Part shown: piece after piece, positions 59,001-64,000 of the stretch
How the letters are laid out: each line of letters opens with the position of its first letter
Numbering within the stretch: position 1 is the stretch's first letter
Source of the DNA: Cladosporium halotolerans
Lineage: Eukaryota
NCBI RefSeq assembly: GCF_011745625.1
Contig: NW_027191454.1
Coordinates: 372,001-436,000, forward strand
Length of the DNA stretch: 64,000 nt
Direction: 5' to 3'
Program-made: the position numbers and the translations under genes
Notes under the pieces: generated by a model
Seen by the model: only the letters and a program-made list of their open reading frames with translations
Databases searched by the model: none
What the model was told of the DNA's origin: nothing

Positions 59001-60238
59001 GGTTTACTTTCCTCTTCGCCCTTGAGAAGACTCTGTAATTGTTCTGCTGCCTTCGTCTCGTCTCCAAGACATGCATCTAATATTTCTGCACACACATCCG
59101 CAGCATAGCCACTTGCAGAGAGCCGCTTCAACTTGCCTTCGCGCTTGAGATCACTGCTAGCCATACTGACACCGGCCGAGTAGTTCTCGGGGAGGGCCCA
59201 TTTGGGCAAGTCGTCTTCCGGAACATGGATGAGCAGCCACTCCAGACATTCTTCCTTATCTTTGCAGATCTCCGTCGCCTCTTGAACGTGGCTTCGTCTG
59301 AAACCAGTTGACGATAAGTCGTCCATAATGCTTTTCGAGGCTTGTGTGCTCAACCGCACTTGATGCGGGTTCCAGACCCCTTGGCTTCTGACCAGTCGTT
59401 CCACCTCCCGCCGTGTCCTTCCTCCCATCTCAACCTTCGGCACCCTTTGCCAGCCCTTCAAGACGTGTTTTGATTGCACCTGTCCGTCGAGGCTGACCAC
59501 CTGTTCCTTCTTGTCCTGCTCCGAAGCCTTGGCCTTATCCGCCCTCGCCTTCTCTTTCGCAAGCTGAGCCAAATCATGCGCCTTTTTGGCTGCGAAAGGA
59601 TCCGCCTCGTACAAATAGCCCTGGCCTTGTGCAGTTGCCTCGCTCTTCAAATCCAAAAAGTCTCCCTTCCACAAATCTCGATACTGCGGAGGCAACATCA
59701 TGTGGATATTCTTCATGTTGCTAACCCTGAATAAGGCGTAGGCGGCAATGAAGTGCCTTGCTTCGACAGCGCTGGGTTGTACGCCGCGCTCCTTGTTATA
59801 ATCCTTAGGTGGGATGATGGGTGGTAAGACGGTAATCTCGCCGGTCTTTGGGTTCTTCTGGCGCAATATCACTCCTCCAGTAAATCCGCCGTTGGATTTG
59901 TGTACAGTGTATTCGGGTCGTTCCCATCGCTGCTTTTGACAGTGCTCGTTGAAAAGTGTCTGAGGGAGTTTGCCCGTCCATGATGAGCCCGCGATCAACG
60001 TCCTGGTGTCCGGCTTCTTTTCTGCTTCAGGCTGAGCGCCTGCTGCAGGCGCATCGTTGCCTTTGCCCTTCCCTGTAATTGCTGGAGGTGCATTTTGTGT
60101 CTGTTTCCCTTTCTTCCCAGGCTTGTCGTTTCCAAATACGATGTAGCTCGTGTCTTCGCCGTTTATGGTGCTTGCGCTGGCTTGTGACTTCTTGCCTCCA
60201 GGCTTATTGCTGCGCGGCGCATGCGGTTTGTTGACCAT
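56093..60238 (-). CDS. DEAH-box RNA helicase, DHX57 / YLR419W / Ucp12-like
   Basis: GETGSGKSTQ, CTQPRRISA, DEVH, MSAT, ATNVAETSITI and QRRGRAGRV; UBA/RWD-like N-terminal region; likely start MVNKP at 60238. Confidence 0.92.
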   Translation of the reverse strand: MVNKPHAPRSNKPGGKKSQASASTINGEDTSYIVFGNDKPGKKGKQTQNAPPAITGKGKGNDAPAAGAQPEAEKKPDTRTLIAGSSWTGKLPQTLFNEHCQKQRWERPEYTVHKSNGGFTGGVILRQKNPKTGEITVLPPIIPPKDYNKERGVQPSAVEARHFIAAYALFRVSNMKNIHMMLPPQYRDLWKGDFLDLKSEATAQGQGYLYEADPFAAKKAHDLAQLAKEKARADKAKASEQDKKEQVVSLDGQVQSKHVLKGWQRVPKVEMGGRTRREVERLVRSQGVWNPHQVRLSTQASKSIMDDLSSTGFRRSHVQEATEICKDKEECLEWLLIHVPEDDLPKWALPENYSAGVSMASSDLKREGKLKRLSASGYAADVCAEILDACLGDETKAAEQLQSLLKGEEESKPAQKPTPADFEVWDEELETLAAIFGEKFTKIERVCTLVLELQTPSKKPITLRARPPTKGYPNAVPILSIESELPAYIKLSILRQCLVHCQESLLGEQMLFNIADWLENEIPAIIEQPGRLSDIASAATTLVESSTSRPASSKPRRHPRPIAWTPNTQGSQNILAEWSARQNLPEQKKMLQTRQNLPAWKLQEKIVDAVTKNQVTIISGETGSGKSTQSVQFILDDLIKRCFGEQANIICTQPRRISALGLADRVADERCVRVGDEVGYAIRGESKQKAGMTKICFVTTGVLLRRLQTSGGSADDVLRSLADVSHVVIDEVHERSLDTDFLLVLIRDVLKKRKDLKLVLMSATLDSATFESYFKGMASVGKVEIEGRTHPVTDVYLDEILQATGFGGMSADDEAGSVVDSVMDNDPRTGGKPDTKTITTALRAVGTRINYDLLAQTVHVIDQGLGNEDGGILIFLPGVAEIDQTLRALRDLPGLHALPLHASMQSSEQRRVFQKPPHGLRKVIAATNVAETSITIDDIVAVIDTGRVKETSFDPANNMVKLAEVWASRAACKQRRGRAGRVRAGTCYKLFTRSQEVKMDERPEPEIRRVPLEQLCLSVKAMGVADVPAFLASALTPPESLAVDGALRLLGRMGALDDAELTALGRHLSMIPADLRCGKLMVYGAAFGCLEACLTIAAVLTVKSPFNSPQAKRDESKAARSAFGGGLGDLICDLRAYEEWSSRRASGEPTSSLRRWCDSVFLNHQTLMDISTNRTQYSSSLKETGFLPSTYHPSSPASEPYNRHNANDTLLRALVAGSFQPQLARIDFPDKKYAASSSGAVELDPEARTIKFFNEENGRVFIHPSSTLFGAQSFPGNSVYMSYFTKMATSKVFIRDLTPFNVYSLLMFGGPIGIDPQGRGLVVDGWVRLRGWARIGVLVSRLRMMLDDLLARKVDEPGFDLGGSDIVGAVKKLVELDGLDR

Positions 60239-60634
60239 TATCGCTTGGGAATATTCACCAGGTCTATTCTCATGCTCTAACGGGACGATTCGTAAATCAA
60301 AGAAAGTTGGGCGCAAGTAAACGCCGATCCCCCTTCGGCATGTGATTTTCGGTGAATGGAAGCCGCGAAATCTCAATGACGATCGCGGGGCAGGGCAGCA
60401 CGAGTGAACGTCCCACGCTCTTGCGAAACCCTGCTTGCGCCATCCCACTTGACCACCACCTCACGCTTTACCAATCAGTCCACTCCACGTCAACCACCGA
60501 ACGAGTCCTCATTCACGGCTTACAGGAACGCAAAACTCATAGAATTGCCAGGGGTGACCGCAGCGTAGCCACCCAGGAAATCGGAGGCGCGAAGACAGCA
60601 CAGCGAGGCTTTGACTCAGCATACACGAAACAAC

Positions 60635-61217
60635 ATGTCGGCGCCACTTCCCAAGCGAATCATCAAAGAGACGGAGAGGTTACAGAATGAGCCGGTGCCG
60701 GGTATCTCAGCGGAGCCGCACGAGGAGAACGCGCGCTACTTCGACGTCTGGGTGGACGGACCGGACGGCAGCTGTTACGAAGGTAAGCATACCAAGCCAG
60801 GCGGCTCACGTTAGGTTTGAGGGAAGTTCAGCCTCTGACCAGGGACAGGCGGCAAATTCAACCTCGAGCTCTTCCTTCCAGACGACTACCCCATGTGCCC
60901 GCCGCGGATACGATTCCTGACTCGCATCTACCACCCGAACATCGACAGGCTCGGCCGCATCTGCCTGGACGTGCTCAAGAACAACTGGTCGCCCGCCCTC
61001 CAGATCCGCACGATCTTGCTCAGTATCCAGGCTCTGCTCGGCGCGCCGAACCCGGAGGATCCTCTGAACGAGGCTGTGGCTAAGCAGTGGAAGGTTCGTA
61101 TACTTCAAGATTGGCACAAAGAGGGAAACAGTAAGTCTAATAATCGCACAGGAGAACCAGCCCGAGGCGATCAAGACCGCTCGCGAGTGGACTCAGCTCT
61201 ATGCTCAGAAGAAATAA
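60635..61217 (+). CDS. UBC13: ubiquitin-conjugating enzyme Ubc13; exons 60635-60782, 60849-61093, 61152-61217
   Basis: [63 protein letters not shown] and AREWT. Confidence 0.95.
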
Positions 61218-61808
61218 ACAACAAATGCGAATGCTTCCATGACCCTTGCGACTTCAGTCGCGAATCTTTACCTCCTATGGCATGCTATGCGTTTGGGCGA
61301 TGAATTTCTGATACGTATACCAACGATTACCACCGGTTCGGTACATTCACTGCATTGCAGAGTAAATAGCTCGATTCAATGCCATGAACATGCAATCAGA
61401 AAAGGCAGGTCCTGATCCCTGGGACCTCACTTCTCCAAGGCATCCATGTTCGAAAACTTGCCATTTACGGTGGGATTTTCGCGTGAAATCAGGCGTATGG
61501 TGACTTGAAGCTCTAGTGTGAGACGCAGAATCCTTTCAAGGACAGGATGAGGCTGTTTGGCCAACCGCTATTCACCGTCGTGTAAGTCTTCGAATGACTG
61601 GGTTCACACTCACTCGACCTCTGCTTACGAAAGCGCGATGTAGGAAATGCTGCTGTTGCTTGTTACTCCACCAGTGAAGGCTTCATGTTACTCGAGTCGA
61701 AGTCACAAAGCTCAAATCTCCTGTATGTAATGCCATCGGCATGTCTACGATGCATTATATAGCAGCTCCCTAATACCTACGGATCGCCATCGGTACGCGA
61801 TCATCGAG

Positions 61809-64000
61809 ATGTTGTCTCCCAAAACCACGAACATCTTGCAAAGAGCCATATCGCAAAGATCCCAAGGGCAACAAGATACCTCCATGTCTCCAACGAATGA
61901 GGTAGCATCGCAACTGCGGCGGAGAGAATGGCGCGCGAAAATGCCAAGACTTAACCTCACCTCATTCACATGTCAGTCGAGCCCCGCCGCAGCCTTCCCC
62001 TTTTCTCAGTGCTCCTTCTTCTGACCTCGAAGACAGCACCACCAGCACAATCTTTTGTGCAACCGCCGTCGCCGCCCTCGCCTACCTTCTCTCCCTCGCC
62101 GCCCTCCTCACCACCACCGCCTCCTCCCCCTCCGGCGGCGGTACGACCACCGCCGCCACCACCAATGCAGTCGCGGCCGGCCGCCGAGCGGCCCTCCCGG
62201 CTGTCCCTGCTCCCGGTCGTGCGGGACCTCGACGCGGCTGCAGCAGGGCAGCCGGGAGCAACTCCATCTGGCCCGGTCAGCCAGATGGAGTGGGACGAGG
62301 AGGAGGAAGCTCCTCCTCGTTCCCGTGAGAAGGTACGTCAACGTTTTCGTGAAGTCTTCAGGCGGGCAGCGCAGGCAATGGAGGAAAGGGCAGCAAGGGT
62401 AGCAGCAGAGGGAGTGAAGGAAACGCAGCGAGAAGATATTGGAGTGAAAGTCACGCGCGGACGGACTGCGTCGAGTCAATTGGATCGAGCGATCAAACCA
62501 CGCCGAAGTGAAAGCGTCAAGATCGCACGCGCCGGCATCGAAAAACGCCGGCTACGAGAGGTGAGTATCCCCAATCTTCAGGCGTTGACACCTCACTTAC
62601 ACTTCACAGCTCCCCAGCTCACGAGCTCACGATGAGCTCATGTCGCCCGGCGCCTTCGCGCAGCAACGCGCGTTCCCATTGACAAGGATTGATGCTAAAT
62701 TGACTGAACAGGGAGCACCCTGGCCCAAGAGGCTGAGGGAGAAGGTGTCGGCGCGCTCGTTGAGGAGCAAAGGCTCTCTCACGAGCCTCAAAAAGCCGGG
62801 GCAGGGCCCCGCAACATCCCAGAGCTCGCTGAGCTCTTCTTCGCCGCGCCCGCCGGCCGTCAGTGGCATATTTGCCACTGAGACGTCGCCGCCGGTGCCA
62901 CCAATCCCGGCGAAGTACGCCCACGAGAGATGTGGGCGCGTCGGGAAGGCTGGGGCACCAGGCCCCATCGACGACGATGTCGCGCCGTTCCTCTCTTGGG
63001 AGGGGCGTGCGCCGGCCGGCGAGGCCAAAAACTCGCCGGAATGGCGGATTACTCCGCCGAGTCTGCGGAGCAAGCTCCAAAGACTCGCCAGCAGCACGAC
63101 GGTCAACACCAGACCGTCCGACGAGTTTTCACCAGGGTCAGAGGACCCATCCTGGGACGCCGCTGTCGACCGGGTCAAGGAGCAAGTGCTCCAGCGGCAG
63201 CAAGAGGAGCTCCGCAAGCAGAAGGCCGCCGAGAAGGCCGAGAAGAAATACCTGAGAAGCGTCAGCAGAGACCGCGCAGGACATTTCAAATGGGCAAAGC
63301 AGGCGATCGATCTCCTCGTTGGCAAATACGACCAGCACGGCTGGCTGCCGAAGAAAGACCCCGACGATTTCGACGACGACGACTGGAAGTTTGTCCTGGA
63401 GACTCTCAATCACAAAGACACGAGGGCACTACGCGACAAGCTCTTCCAGCGGCCAGAATGGCAAGGAGCGGACATGATCCGCCGACACAAATACGATGAG
63501 GAGATGATCAAGAACCCGACACCTGAGTTCTTGGCCGCCCGGAAGGCTGAAGATGCTGAAAGGCGCAAAGAGTACGGTTTCCGCAAAGCATGCGGTATGC
63601 TCACCAACGAAGAAAAAGAGCGCGAGCGCCTTCATCCAACGCCTGCCCCCACTGGGTTGGGAATCAGCATCCCATCAGAGCTTGCTGCGCAGTATGCCCG
63701 GGTACCACACATGCCCTACATTCCAGGAATATCGTTATCACAGCCAGACTTGAGACTCGAAAGGCCCGGGGACAGCAGCCCCCAAGAAGGTGTTGAATCC
63801 GCGGCTCGTTGGGGCATGGAGGAACTGACTGGTACGTTCAATATCGAAGGCTTTGACCCGCGTCTCAGTCGGCTTGGATCTCCAGAAGTGAAGCGGTACA
63901 TCCAAGAGAGTACTATTTGCGAGCAGCATCCTGGAACATTAGTGCAACCAGATACTCGATTTCTCAGGTCACTAGACCCACGACAAAGCCCTGCCGGATG
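61809..64000 (+). CDS. hypothetical proline-rich protein running off the window end; exons 61809-61971, 62037-62560, 62610->64000
   Basis: GTCAGT..CTGAC..CAG and GTGAGT..CAG introns keep the frame. The last exon has no stop from 62610 to 64000. No recognised domain. Confidence 0.6.

Noticed and set aside
1..64000. Transposons, RIP-degraded AT-rich blocks, CRISPR arrays, rRNA genes, secondary-metabolite backbone genes
   Set aside because: No transposase or reverse transcriptase motifs, LTRs/TIRs, repeat-spacer arrays, rRNA-like sequence or PKS/NRPS domains were seen.

Overview
Gene-dense 64 kb segment of a filamentous ascomycete nuclear genome (short GT-AG introns with CTRAC-type branch points; Pezizomycotina, Dothideomycete-like by inference). 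About 26 protein-coding genes are supported, including a partial WDR59/MTC5, YBP1-like, PMP22-like, NDUFAF6-like, RAD5, a GST-like gene, GH106, HTS1, VPS33, a SIM+RING STUbL-like gene, PRP19, FBA1, DCN1, a GFA-family gene, MVP1, palH/RIM21, a dehalogenase-like hydrolase, a FEX fluoride exporter, UPRT, a DHX57-like helicase and UBC13. There are two tRNA genes. The standout is a tRNA-Ser(GCU) at 29143-29333 split into three pieces by two 55-nt introns with spliceosomal (mRNA-type) signals: GTAAGY, a TAAC branch point and TTCTCCAG. They sit in the D-stem and the variable arm, not at the canonical 37/38 site. Removing them at GT/AG gives a complete 81-nt cloverleaf. Second, a hydrolase carrying the fluoroacetate-dehalogenase catalytic motifs lies tail-to-tail with the FEX fluoride exporter. 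All product names come from recognising motifs by eye; no database searches were run.
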